In this document: in pieces, positions 13,800-25,150 of the stretch
How the letters are laid out: every line of letters begins with the position of its first letter
Numbering within the stretch: the first letter of the stretch is position 1
Assembly (NCBI GenBank): GCA_951406725.2
Contig: OX597827.1
Coordinates: 83,266,001-83,330,000, forward strand
DNA length: 64,000 nucleotides
Source: Octopus vulgaris
Taxonomy: Eukaryota
Reading direction: 5' to 3'
Made by a program: the position numbers and the translations under genes
Notes under the pieces: model-generated
What the model saw: only the letters and a program-made list of their open reading frames with translations
Told to the model about the DNA's origin: nothing
The model's database searches: none

Positions 13800-14217
13800 T
13801 CCCTCTCCCTCACTCACTGAGTAACTATGTACTTCCTCCATAGCCAGACACCTACTTCTCCCTCTAACCTTTCAGCATCTGACACTGGATCACCTCCTCT
13901 AATGCCCCCTCTGTTGTGGCAAGACACCTGCTTCTGTCTCTCTATCACACTCTAACTTTTCCTCCTCTGACACAAGCACTCTTCCTCAAATGGCCCTGCC
14001 CCTCTCATAATTCCTTGTCTTGTGAGTTACATGGTTACTCTGCCAGAGCAGGTGCCATGTTAAAAGTATCCAGTCCACCACACTGTAGTGTGGTTGGTGT
14101 TTTGGAAGGGCATCCAGCTGTAAAATTCATGCCAAAACCAACCTTGCCTGTGCTGGTGCCATGTAAAAAGCACTGAATCCACTCTGCAGAGTGGTTAGTG
14201 CTAGAAAGGGCATCAGC
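13800..14217 (+). mobile_element. RTE 3'-UTR-derived repeat with partial internal duplication
   Basis: GTGGTTGGTG..GAAGGGCATCCAGCTGTA core, a second GTGGTTAGTG..AAGGGCATC partial copy, and GTGCCATGTAAAAAGCAC units. Confidence 0.7.
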
Positions 14218-14446
14218 AAGCTACCAGAATCGTTAGTACACCAGACGAAATGCTTAGTGGTATTTTGCCTATTGCTACATGCTGAGTTCAAATTCCACTG
14301 AGGTCAACTTTACCTTTCATCCCTTCAGGGTTAATAAAATAATTACCAGTTGAACGCTAGGGTCGATGTAATTAACTCATCCCCTCCCCCAAAATTGCTG
14401 CCCTTGTGGCAAAATTTTAAACAATCATCATCATCATCATTATTAA

Positions 14447-14493
<47 letters not shown>

Positions 14494-14715
14494 TTTTTTT
14501 ATTTATTCAGGTGGTGAGCTGGCAGAATTGTTAGCATGTTAGGCAAAACACTTAGTGGTATTTTGTCTGCTGCTAAATTCTGAGTTCAAATTACACCTAG
14601 GTCAACTTTGTCTTTTATCCTTTTGAGGTCAACAAATTAAGTACCAGTGAAACAATGGGGGTCAACTCCTCCCCACAAGAAATGGCTACACTTATGGAAA
14701 AATTTGAAACCGTTA
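14215..14715 (+). mobile_element. Two tandem family-B SINEs (14215-14425, 14508-14715) separated by (ATT)n
   Basis: Each has CAGAAT.GTTAG, GAGTTCAAAT and the TTTCATCC..GGGT..ATAAA..TACCAG central block. Confidence 0.85.
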
Positions 14716-15109
14716 TTATTATTAATATAATACAACAGATGGCTTCATCCTAGTTTGTCAACTATGTGATCTCAGCATCTCTTTTTCTATGGCAATCGTA
14801 TCCTCTTGAATGAAATAAGTAGGCCCTATTGAACAGAGCTAGATACAACTGCTAAAACAGGGAATTAGAGATAAATGACATTGGGTAAGAATTAAAGAGT
14901 AGCCATGGTAATCTGTGTAATCTGTAAATAAAGTTACCACAGAACAATAAGTGTACAAGTTGGTGTGAACTCAGGTGTGAATATAACAGAACTTCACAGT
15001 TATGCCTCTGATTATAACTTTTATTGCTCAAATGCTACTTACCATTAAATCTGATTGTCACTATCTAATTACTCTTATAATTAATATCAGTATCATCATT
15101 ATTACTAGT

Positions 15110-15117
15110 ATTATTAT

Positions 15118-15172
<55 letters not shown>

Positions 15173-15203
15173 GGTGGTGGTGGTGGTGGTGGTGGTGGTG
15201 GTG

Positions 15204-15248
<45 letters not shown>

Positions 15249-15250
15249 AT
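15110..15250. repeat. Compound (TAG)n(TGG)n(TAG)n microsatellite
   Basis: Directly visible; it generates the spurious polyS/G and polyT ORFs. Confidence 0.95.
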
Positions 15251-15319
15251 AGTCAATGTAATCAATTTCTCCTCTCTTCCTAAAATTGCTGACTTTGTGC
15301 CAAAACTATTATTATTATA

Positions 15320-15535
15320 AAGGTGGTGAGCTGCAGAGTCATTAGCATGCCAAGTGAAATACTGAGCAGTATTTCACCCGTCACTACATTCTGAGTTCAA
15401 ATTCTGCCGAGGTCAACTTTGCCTGTCATCCTTTCAGGGTTGCTAAATTAAGTAGCAGTGAAACACAGGGGTCAATGTAATCAACTAGTCCCCTTCCCCA
15501 AAATTTCAGGTCTTGTGCCTATAGTAAAAAGGATT
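15320..15535 (+). mobile_element. Family-B SINE
   Basis: AAGGTGGTGAGCTGCAGA..GAGTTCAAATTCTGCCGAGGTCAACTTTGCC..; (ATT)n tail. Confidence 0.85.
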
Positions 15536-16517
15536 ATTATTATTATTATTATTATTGCCTTTCATTAGGAAGGGTAAGCCATTTCCCTCTGATGAAAGAG
15601 GTTGAGGTGGATGAGGCTGACAAGACTAAAGTCAAATTTTCCTCTTCAGTGAAGCTTTTTTTTTTTTTTGAACTTACTAAAATACCACATAAAAAGGAAG
15701 ATGGAGGTGAAGAGGAAGGAGTTCTTTAGTAAATTTGTTAAAAGTTGAGTGAGAATAGAGAAAAGTGGTTAGAGTGAATGCTTCCACTCTAAGCATGCAC
15801 TTGTAGTTTGGCAAATGACAGTCCCTTGCCTTTGATGGCAGGTTGATCCTGGATCGGTAGGGTTCCACTATGGGCCCTAATTAGAGGTCCTTCTGCATCA
15901 GGAGGACTGTACCATCATTACTTATTTGTATAGTTTTTATCTCATTTGAGTTTTGTGTAAACCAACCACACTTTTATGCAATCTGTCTTTGTAATGTTCC
16001 CTCCACCCAACATCTTGAGGCTCATAAAGGAAATTGCCACTGCTGCATCCATCATCATTATTATTTGCTTTTGTGTTTGATCAGATTTAAGATCACAATC
16101 ATCTTTTTTTTATCCCTCTCAGTCTGCTCAGCACATCAAGAAGTTCCCTCACCCACCGGCCATCAAAGTCTAACCCTTTCCAGCTCAATCATCCAAGTAT
16201 GCTGGTTTAGGTCAATCTCCTCGCCTTCACTTTCCAATCACTACCTATTTTAAATATATTTTATACAATCTTTTTTCTATCTTACACATGTTGCAGCCAA
16301 CACATCTTAGTTTCATTATAAGGTGACACAATATTCTAAAACAACTTGGTTTAGAATATTGTATAGCACCTCACTGTTAGGCCACTGGATACGGGAAGTC
16401 CTCTATAAAACCATCTACCACAGTACAGTACTAACAACCATGCATAAGCACTCGATTAACAACAAAACTTGTTTTATGCTTGAACTATGGGAAATTGTTT
16501 ATATTTCCCCTATACAA

Positions 16518-16548
<31 letters not shown>

Positions 16549-17401
16549 TGCTAGATTAACCTAATCTAAAGATTACTCTGTAAAGAGGTCACTCTTGTAT
16601 ATTTCCTTCCCTTCTGTCAGTAATTCTGTTTGTGTTAATTAAATAACAACTCCATACTACCACAGTTTTTTCATGGTGAATTGGAGGGGGAGGAGTTCCT
16701 TAGATTTTGCCTGATTATTTCCCTTCCAGCCTCTTGCGCCATCTATGATAATCAATGACCATGTTAACAAGTTCATATCATTCCTTTCCAGTCAACTCAA
16801 TGCTACTTTCTCAGCTCAATCACCCTTAAATCCTAATCCTAACTAATCCTCACAGTTTCATATCAAAATTCATTGTTTGCTCCACTCTTCTAGAATTACT
16901 TATGAATGAAATTAGAGAAGAAATGTTATTCACTATGGCATTGAGAGCTGATTGTCATCTATCTAACTATATATCTATCTATTTGTCTAGTGTGATCAAC
17001 CAAAAGGCAATCCTATTGATCAAGCCTGAATGGCAGTAAGTTGTTAAGATTAGAGACATGAAGTGTTTATTGTTGTATCAGTGTTATGTCACTATTAAAT
17101 ACCAGAATAAAAACAGACAACATTATATTAAAACATTTTCCTTCTTCTGATCTTTATTTGAAGAAAGTAATTTGTTAAAATCTAATAACCAATCCTTTGT
17201 CTCAACAGTTTAATCCAGATCAAAGCAGTTCTATTAAGTCACTAGACTTTGCAAAAAATGATTATCAGAACTGGACTTTCTTAACAATAAGTCAATGTTA
17301 TTTAAATGGTAAACAAGAGATACAAGTTCATAGAGACTGCTAACAAATTAACATTCCAACCACAGTGACAAATCAGCTTTGAAGACGATTTATTATTATT
17401 A

Positions 17402-18326
17402 TTTGCGATTGGTAGCAGTTCCACTCTAGCGTTCTATGGAGGGTCAGTGGAAGAAAAGTGTGATGACGTTCTCGGGAAACTATAGGCATCGACAATAATC
17501 AGTTAAACAGTCTGTTTGGAAGAACTTTCGGGCTGGGGGCCCATGGATAACTTCCAAAGGTCCCTCACCTGGCAGTGCTACTGAGGAGCGCTGCCTGTTC
17601 CAGATAAACTCTACTGGCACGGAAGTGCTGTCAGCCAGGCCTGCCCAAGGTGCGCTCAGGGCAAGGAAACCGTTCTGCATGCCCTAGTCCATTGCCCAAG
17701 TATTGCTGACCTGTGGGTTTATGTCAAACAGCTACTGTTGCGTGTAGGACGGATCCAGCTATCAGCTGAATCCATAGTGAAGATTGCCCCGCCGACCTCC
17801 TTTAACTGGGAGGGCAAGGCAATTTTCCTTGGTCTAGTGGCTGTAGTGAAAGTGGTGGTATGGTGGACCCGTTTGAAAGGGCTAAAGTCAGACACTTTCC
17901 TCTTTGGCCAAGGCCTCATCAACTTTTTCAAGTTACACTCGAAAAGGAAGATGAGAGTAGAGAGGGAAGTGCTGTCTCATAACAAATTTATTGAAAGGTG
18001 GGTGAATGTCAGTAAAATTGCCAGTATGAACGGACCAATTCTGAGGTTACACCTGTAAAAAACAAAAAATTAATGTAAAAGGAGAAGGAGTTCTCTACTC
18101 CTTTTTGACCAGGCTCCCATGACTTTTATAGGTTTTTCCACAAGTAACCTTTCAAAGCACCTCTCCCTAATGGGAGTTCTTTCTAACTGTTATATTTTTC
18201 ACTGTTATTTTAATGTTTACACGGACCTTTCTTTTTCGCAAAACCCTTTGTACTTTTCGTCCTGTGTTTTTCCTTTATGTTAGCCCTTGTGGCCAATAAA
18301 ACCAGAATTAATCATCATCATCATCA
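17402..18326 (+). mobile_element. 5'-truncated Tx1/L1-clade LINE (C-terminal zinc-binding region plus 3' UTR)
   Basis: Translates to MDNFQRSLTWQCY*GALPVPDKL..ACPRCAQGKETVLHALVHCPSIADLW..FIERWVNV..LHL* (CxxC..ETxxHxxxxC motif); AATAAA at 18295 followed by a (TCA)n tail. Confidence 0.85.
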
Positions 18327-18331
18327 TTATT

Positions 18332-18690
18332 AAAGTGACAAGCTGACAGAATCGTTAGCATGCCAGGTAAAATGCTTAGCGGCATTTCACCTGTCTTTAT
18401 TTTCTGAGTTCAAATTCCGCCAGGGTTGACTTTGCCCTTCATCCTTTCAGAGTTGATAAAATAAGTACCAGCTGAACACTGGGGTCAATGTCACTGACTT
18501 ACACCCTCCCCCAAATTTCAGGCTTTGTGCCTTTAGCAGAAAGGATTATTAAGGCAACAAGCTAGCAGAATCATTAACATCAAACAAAAAGTTCTTGACA
18601 CTTCAAATTCTGAGTTCAACTCCCACCAAGGTCAATTTTGCTTTTCATACATAGAGTCAATGTATTTGACCTTGTACCAAATTTCAAATA
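18332..18690 (+). mobile_element. Family-B SINE plus an adjacent partial copy
   Basis: GCTGACAGAATCGTTAGCA..GAGTTCAAATTCCGCC..CATCCTTTCAGAGTTGATAAAATAAGTACCAG; second head at ~18552. Confidence 0.85.
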
Positions 18691-19056
18691 TAGTTGATAG
18701 TGAGATTAAAAAGACAATAAAACTCTTGTTGAGTTCTATAGATTTCTGAACTTTATTCATATTAGACCTTTTTCTTTATTCTTCTGTTGCTACTCTGCAA
18801 ATCTTTCATCTTCCCCCAACTCCTAACATTTCATCTCAACATAAAAAATTATAAATCTCCTCACAACTGACCCTATGTTTTGGTCAGACAACAGCATGAA
18901 TGCCATCAAATGGACTCTAATCCAGGTTTGGCTACTACTAAAGATCATTCTAAAATAATAGTTATTAAAAGAAACATTTCAGATCATTGATAATCTGGAA
19001 GAAAATAGAATTTTTGGGGCCTTGTTTATCCAAGCAGCAAATACAGAATTTGAATA

Positions 19057-19262
19057 CAGTAATCCCTCGATTATCGTGGGCGTTACATTTCAAAACCTCT
19101 CACAGAAATAATTAAAATCTAAAAAAATATAAATACCTATCAGCCTCAGAAACCTATGATATACTGAGGATTTTGCAATATAAATTTACATATATTAACC
19201 AGAAAAACTTGTGATGTATTGAGTGCACAACAGGTGGATCGTGATCTGGTGATGGATCACTG
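19057..19262. mobile_element. pogo/Tigger-like MITE
   Basis: TA-flanked imperfect TIRs CAGTAATCCCTCG / TGATGGATCACTG. Confidence 0.6.
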
Positions 19263-19610
19263 TATTTGCAAGTTTCAGCATCTCCCAATCACCACAAACT
19301 CACACCTGTCACAATCTGCTCCATTCTACAAAGTCTCAGTTATTAAATACACCACATTTAAACTTCTTACATGTTCAATTAAACAGGTTTTCTCATTCAT
19401 GCTTCACATTTTTAACAACATCCATTACTACACAGCAATAGTAGAAGTGATGGGGTGAAGGGCAGAAGTGGAAACAACAGTAGTAACAATTGTGAAAACT
19501 ATTAATATCATGTGTATTTTTATACATTACACTTTGTTTATCTCTCTCTCACACACACTACCCACATAAACACCAATGCATAACATATAATAACACCAAC
19601 ATACTCAGAT

Positions 19611-19668
<58 letters not shown>

Positions 19669-19699
19669 TAAACAATCCCATAAAACAGATCCCTGCAGT

Positions 19700-19890
19700 T
19701 GCTCAACCCCAGGTCAGCCTTAATCAATTATATCTATGATCAAAAGCAATCCAGTCTTAAGCAAGTAGATATTTTTAAGGCCTACTGAATCTAATACATC
19801 ATGCTCATATTTTTATGACAGTAGGGTGTAATTTGATGAAAATTGGCTATTGTTTTTAGCAGATCAGGCAACTTCATTAAAGAACACATA
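19700..19890 (+). repeat. Unclassified interspersed repeat; related copies at 9820-9910 (+) and 7575-7750 (-)
   Basis: Shared AGGTCAGCCTT.AT....CAATCCAG segment; diverged similarity to the inverted copy near 7600-7745. Confidence 0.5.
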
Positions 19891-20051
19891 GGCTTGGCTC
19901 CCAGGTAATATTTAATGGCATCTCCAGTAATTTCTATATTGATAGACATACTAAAATATGTGTATGCATGCATGCATCCATCCAACCCAGTGTTAGAACT
20001 CAATATACATATTCTTCAGAACAAAGCATTAGTCAGGTAGAGAACAGTAAA

Positions 20052-20246
20052 AAGAAACTGGTACGACAAACGAATAAACAATTATCTGATGAACTTCAAT
20101 TAGCTTACAACTGTTTCTGCTGCTATAAGATGCAGTGGACTGACGGCTGAGTATAAGAGGATAATCAGGCACTCAACAGCCCAAACAGTTGTAAGCCAGT
20201 GAAGTTCATCAGATAATTACTTATTCCTTTGTGATCTCAATTTCTT
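20052..20246. repeat. Inverted-repeat element with ~70-bp arms and a decayed hammerhead-like interior
   Basis: AATTATCTGATGAACTTCAATTAGCTTACAACTGTTT pairs with AAACAGTTGTAAGCCAGTGAAGTTCATCAGATAATT; looser pairing extends outward. Confidence 0.75.
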
Positions 20247-20406
20247 ACATACATACAGATACATATTTCTATATTTCCATATATGTATATATATGCACAC
20301 ACACACACACACACAGATGCACTCATAACACAGAAGACAATATGAAACAAAGCGTATTATTAGTTTAGTACAGAAAGATTTTAAAAAATGAAAGTGTCTT
20401 TAACAT

Positions 20407-20635
20407 TTACTTTTTACTCTTTTATTTGTTTCAATCATCTGACTGCGGCCATGCTGGAGTACTGCCATTAGTCACATTAATCAACTCCAGGACTCATTCT
20501 TTGTAAGCCTAGAACTTAATCTATTGGCCTCTCTTGCTGAACCTCTAAGTTACAGGGACGTAAATACACCAACATCAGTTGTCACTGATGGTGGTGGGGG
20601 GGGGGGGGGAACAACCACAGACACACATATATTTA

Positions 20636-20679
<44 letters not shown>

Positions 20680-20833
20680 GCTTCTTTCAGTTTCTGTCTA
20701 CCAAATCCACTCACAAAGCTTTGGTCAGCCTGAGGCTATAGTAGAAGACACTTGTGCAAGGTGTCACACAGTGGGACTGAACCCGGAACCATGTCGTTGG
20801 TAAGCAAGCTACTTATCACGCAGCCACTCCTGC
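20407..20833 (-). mobile_element. Family-A SINE
   Basis: Colinear with 2962-3364 and more diverged. Confidence 0.9.
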
Positions 20834-21187
20834 AGAAAGTTCAATAACTAGAAGAAAGTGAAAGCTTAAAGGAAGGAAAGACAATAGGAATAAAGAAAAA
20901 AATATGTGTGGTTCTGTAAGAGATCATGTTTCAGATGGTGGAAGTTGAGTGACCAGAAGTGACTCAAAAGGAACAAGGATTCATATATAAAATAGTAACA
21001 AGAGAGACAAATGTGTCAAAAATATGTCTGCATGTAGACATGCATAGATATACTCTGTGCATTATGAACCAAACATATATGGGCGAGCAAGATGAGTGTA
21101 TAGGCATAACATGAATGTGTGAATGCATTGTGTGTAGGTTTGTATTTGCACGTTATTTTCAGTCTTACTCATAACATGTGTTTGTGC

Positions 21188-21248
<61 letters not shown>

Positions 21249-21254
21249 ATAATC

Positions 21255-21470
21255 ATCGTTGCCATCATCATTTAACATCAGTTTTCCATGCTAGCATAGT
21301 TTGACAGGAGCTGGCATGGCTGGGAGCAGCACCAGGTTCCATCGTCTGTTTCGGCATGGTTTCTACAGCTGGGTGTCCTTCCTAATGCCAACCATTTTAC
21401 AAAGTGTACTGGGTGCTTTTTATGTGGCACCAGTACCACTGCTTTTTATGTGGCCATCACAGTGCTTTCC
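21255..21470 (-). mobile_element. RTE 3'-UTR-derived short repeat
   Basis: CATCATTTAACATC..TTCCATGCTAGCAT..CTTCCTAATGCCAACCA. Confidence 0.75.
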
Positions 21471-21546
21471 CCAGACACGACAAAATCTGTTTCAACACAC
21501 AAATTCACATAAGGAATCTTGCAAACCAAATACAAAAATGAAGTAC

Positions 21547-21601
<55 letters not shown>

Positions 21602-21784
21602 TGCACACACAGACACACACATTTATATTTATATATACATACAAGCACATACATGTGTGTAGAGGTGGAAGTAGTGTATACATAGATGTGTTTAAAGCAT
21701 GTACATGGGTAGATAGGTATGAGTGCATAGATAGATGGATGGATGGATAGATAGGCAGCAAACAGACAGACAGATTTACATACC

Positions 21785-23338
21785 CATTTAGGGATAGATG
21801 AGTAGATGGTGAAAGCGATACAAGCCACATATAAGGATGCTGTCAGTAAGGTAAAGGTCATTAATGACTACAGTCATAAATTTAGTGTAGAAATAGGAGT
21901 TCACCAAGGACCAGATCTCCGGCCTCTATGTTTATCATAGCCCTCCAGGCCATAACAGAAGAATTCAAGACTGGCTTCCCTTCGGAGCTCCTCTACGCTG
22001 ATGAACTTGTTCTGAGAGCTGAATCATTACCTGAACTACAGAGGAAATTTCAGGTGTGGAAGCAAGGTCTGGAATCCAAGGTCCTTAAGAGTTATTTCAG
22101 CTAAGACCAAAGTCCTAATACGTAGGAAAATGGACAAGTCTCAAATCCGTTCAGAGTGATGGCCCTGTTTGATATGCAGGAAAGGTATTGGTAGAGACTT
22201 CATACAGTGTACCCAGTGTAAGTTATGGACACATAAGAGGTGCAGCTGTATCACAGGAAGGCTAACAGAAAAGTAATCTTTGTATATACCATAGGTGCAG
22301 ATACAATAAACACTAAGAATGTACAGAGAATAGACTTCCTCAAATAAGAGGAGGGGGCTTAGAAGCAGTTGGTAGCTTTCATTACCTAGGTGACCAAATG
22401 AGCAGTGGAAGGGGAAGTTCTGAAAGCATAGTTGGTAGAATAAGAACAGGGGAGCAAAATTCAGAGAGCTACTGTCTTTGTTGGTAACAAAGGACCTCTC
22501 CCAAAGAGTGAAGGGCAGATTGTATAATACCTGTGCATGTACAGCTATGCTATATGGCAGTGAAACATGGGCTATAACTACAGAGGACATGCTAAGTCTT
22601 GAAAGAAATGAAACCAGCAAGCTCCACTGGATGAGAAATATCAGTGTGCATGTACAGCCAAGTGTAAATGATTTAAGGGTAAAATTGGGTATAAGAGGCA
22701 TCAGCTGTGATGTGCAAGACAGAAAACAGCATTGGTTTGGTCATGTGATGCATATGGATGAGGACAGCTGCATAAGGAAGTGCCAATCTAATTGTGAAGA
22801 GAACTTGTGGAAGAGGTAGACTAAGGAAGACATGAGATGAAGTAGTGAGAAAGGATCTCCAGATGCTGGGCTTCACAGAGATGACAAGGGACCAAAACTT
22901 CTGGATGTTTGCTCTGCGTAAGAGAACACATCAAGCTAAGTAAAACAGTGACCACCCATACATACAGATATGTATGGCTAAGAGGTTCTCCCCTTGAGGT
23001 GCTGGTGTCACATAAAAGTGTCCATGCCAGTTTCGCACAAAAGCACTTGTGCCAGTGTCACATAAAAGTGTCCGTGCCAGTTCTACATAAAAGCACCTAT
23101 GCCAGTGCCATGTAAAAGCACTGATGCTGGTGTCACATAAAGGTCCCTGTGCCACATAAAAATGCCCGTGCCACATAATAGTGTTTGTGTCAGTGTCATG
23201 TAAAAAGCACCCAATCCACACTCTGTGAAGTGGTTGCCATTAGGAAGGGCATCCAGCTATAGAAATCATGCCAAAATAGACAACTGGAACCTGGGCAGCT
23301 CCCCATGTCAGCATGGAAAGCAGACGTTAAATGATGAT
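21785..23338 (+). mobile_element. 5'-truncated RTE-clade LINE with PHD finger inside the RT, plus 3' UTR
   Basis: GVHQG..ELLYADELVL..KTKVL, then WPCLICRKGIG..CTQCKLWTHKRC, then FHYLGD..MLYGSETW..WFGHVMHM; the 3' UTR has GTGCCA..TAAAAG tandem units and a (GAT)n tail. Confidence 0.9.
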
Positions 23339-23949
23339 TTAGACACATAATATGCTTCTACAGGTGTCTGGTATATGTGTACAGTTAAACGCATGTGAAT
23401 GCTTACATATGTCAAAGGGAATATCTGCAAAAGCTTCATTCACAGATTGCAGGATTTATTTGTTTATTTTATTTATTTATAGATATTTTAAATTTGTTCT
23501 AATCAATTTTCTGCTTTTTCATTTATTAGTAATTATTAGTAATTGTGTATATTTAAATATTGGTAAATGGTCACAAAGCCAAATCATGACTTTCGCCTAC
23601 AATGTAATGTAGTCTGTCTATATTTAATTCATTTGATGTCATTTTGCGGAGAAATTACTTCAATAGTTAGAAATCAAATTTGTGGTCAACATTTGAAGCA
23701 CAAAGAAATGTTTTGAAACAATTCTGCTTCATATACAGATTTTAAATATTTTAGTTTCCAAAGAACCAACTGAATTGGTGAAAGCAGATTTTCTTTGCTG
23801 AAACATAACTATTAACTCTACATTTATCAATATAACTTAAATCAAGTTTCTTTGGATTTTGGTCTCCTTTTTTTAGTTTTCTAATGTACGTGGGGGAGAG
23901 AGTCTCCTCCTCATCTCTCTGTCTTCACTTATATTTCTACTAATACCTA

Positions 23950-24180
23950 TTTCTTTACTACCTACAAGGGGCTAAACACAGAAGGGACAAACAAGGACAG
24001 ACAAATGAATTAAGTCAATTATATCGACCCCAGTGCGTGACCGGTACTTAATTTATCGACCCCGAAAGGATGAAAGGCAAAGTCAACCTCGGCGGAATTT
24101 GAACTCAAAATGTAACGGCAGGCAAAATGCTGCTAAGAATTTTGCCCGGCGTGCTAAAGTTTCTGCCAGCTCACCGCCTT
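23950..24180 (-). mobile_element. Family-B SINE (well preserved, alternative tail)
   Basis: Reverse complement begins AAGGCGGTGAGCTGGCAGAAAC; CpGs are retained. Confidence 0.9.
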
Positions 24181-24202
24181 TATTCAATATTTGTTACATC
24201 TT

Positions 24203-24420
24203 AAGGCGGTGAGCTGGCAGAATTGTTATAACACACCATGAAAACTGATTAGCGGCATTTCTTCTGATTGTATGTTCTTAGTTCAAATGCTGCCGAGGTT
24301 GACTTAGCCTTTCATTTTTGGGAGTCAATAACATAAGTACCAGTCGAACACTGAGGTCAATGTAATCAACTTACCCCTACCCCAAAACTGCTGACCTTGT
24401 GCTAAAATTTGAAACCAATA
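24203..24420 (+). mobile_element. Family-B SINE, head-to-head with the previous copy
   Basis: AAGGCGGTGAGCTGGCAGAATTG..GTTCAAATGCTGCCGAGG..AAGTACCAG. Confidence 0.9.
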
Positions 24421-25083
24421 TCTGTTACAACCGCACCTTCCTTTATATTCTACTAACTCAAACAACTGTCCACTGTCATAACATATTACACATTTTTTAA
24501 AATTCATTACAGAAGAAGTATAAATTTACAATTGAAAGACAGAAAATTTCTTCCACCAAGCGCAATGTTCGCACTCATTTTATCATTATAATGATAACGT
24601 GATATAGACATTCATTGATAAACTCACTCTCTGAAACCAGTTGATAGTCCACTCATGCAAACTATTTAAGTAATATAATGCAAGTAGGAATACAGTTACT
24701 CTTTAGTAAAATGTGATCTATGTTACCCAACTGGCAGCTAAATTACACTAACAATGGTCAATGAAAGAAGCTAGCAGCAGAAAAAACACTAAATCTTCAA
24801 TTGAAACAGTCAAAACTGAAAACATTTTTTGTCATAAAAACGGATTAAAAAGAAAATGTCAGCAATGTATTAGAGTAGGTGACTTAACAATATGTTGAAG
24901 TAACACTTGTACATAGTTGACACTTTTCATTGCACTTACCTACCTATAGAAGCTATGAATATATTCTGGAACAAAATTATGTTAACAAGAGATATTGTGG
25001 TGCGCATGCACACATGCACATGCGCACACACAAACATACATATATACACACACGCGCACGCACGCACAAACATATACATATAT

Positions 25084-25150
<67 letters not shown>

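Noticed and set aside
13912-13924. TGTTGTGGCAAGA matching the Ginger-like TIR start
   Set aside because: An isolated 13-nt match inside an RTE UTR with no partner TIR or TSD.
17465-18052. Minus-strand exon suggested by a TTTTACAG acceptor-like site near 18053
   Set aside because: All three frames stop within 26 codons, and the plus strand encodes a Tx1 LINE C-terminus.
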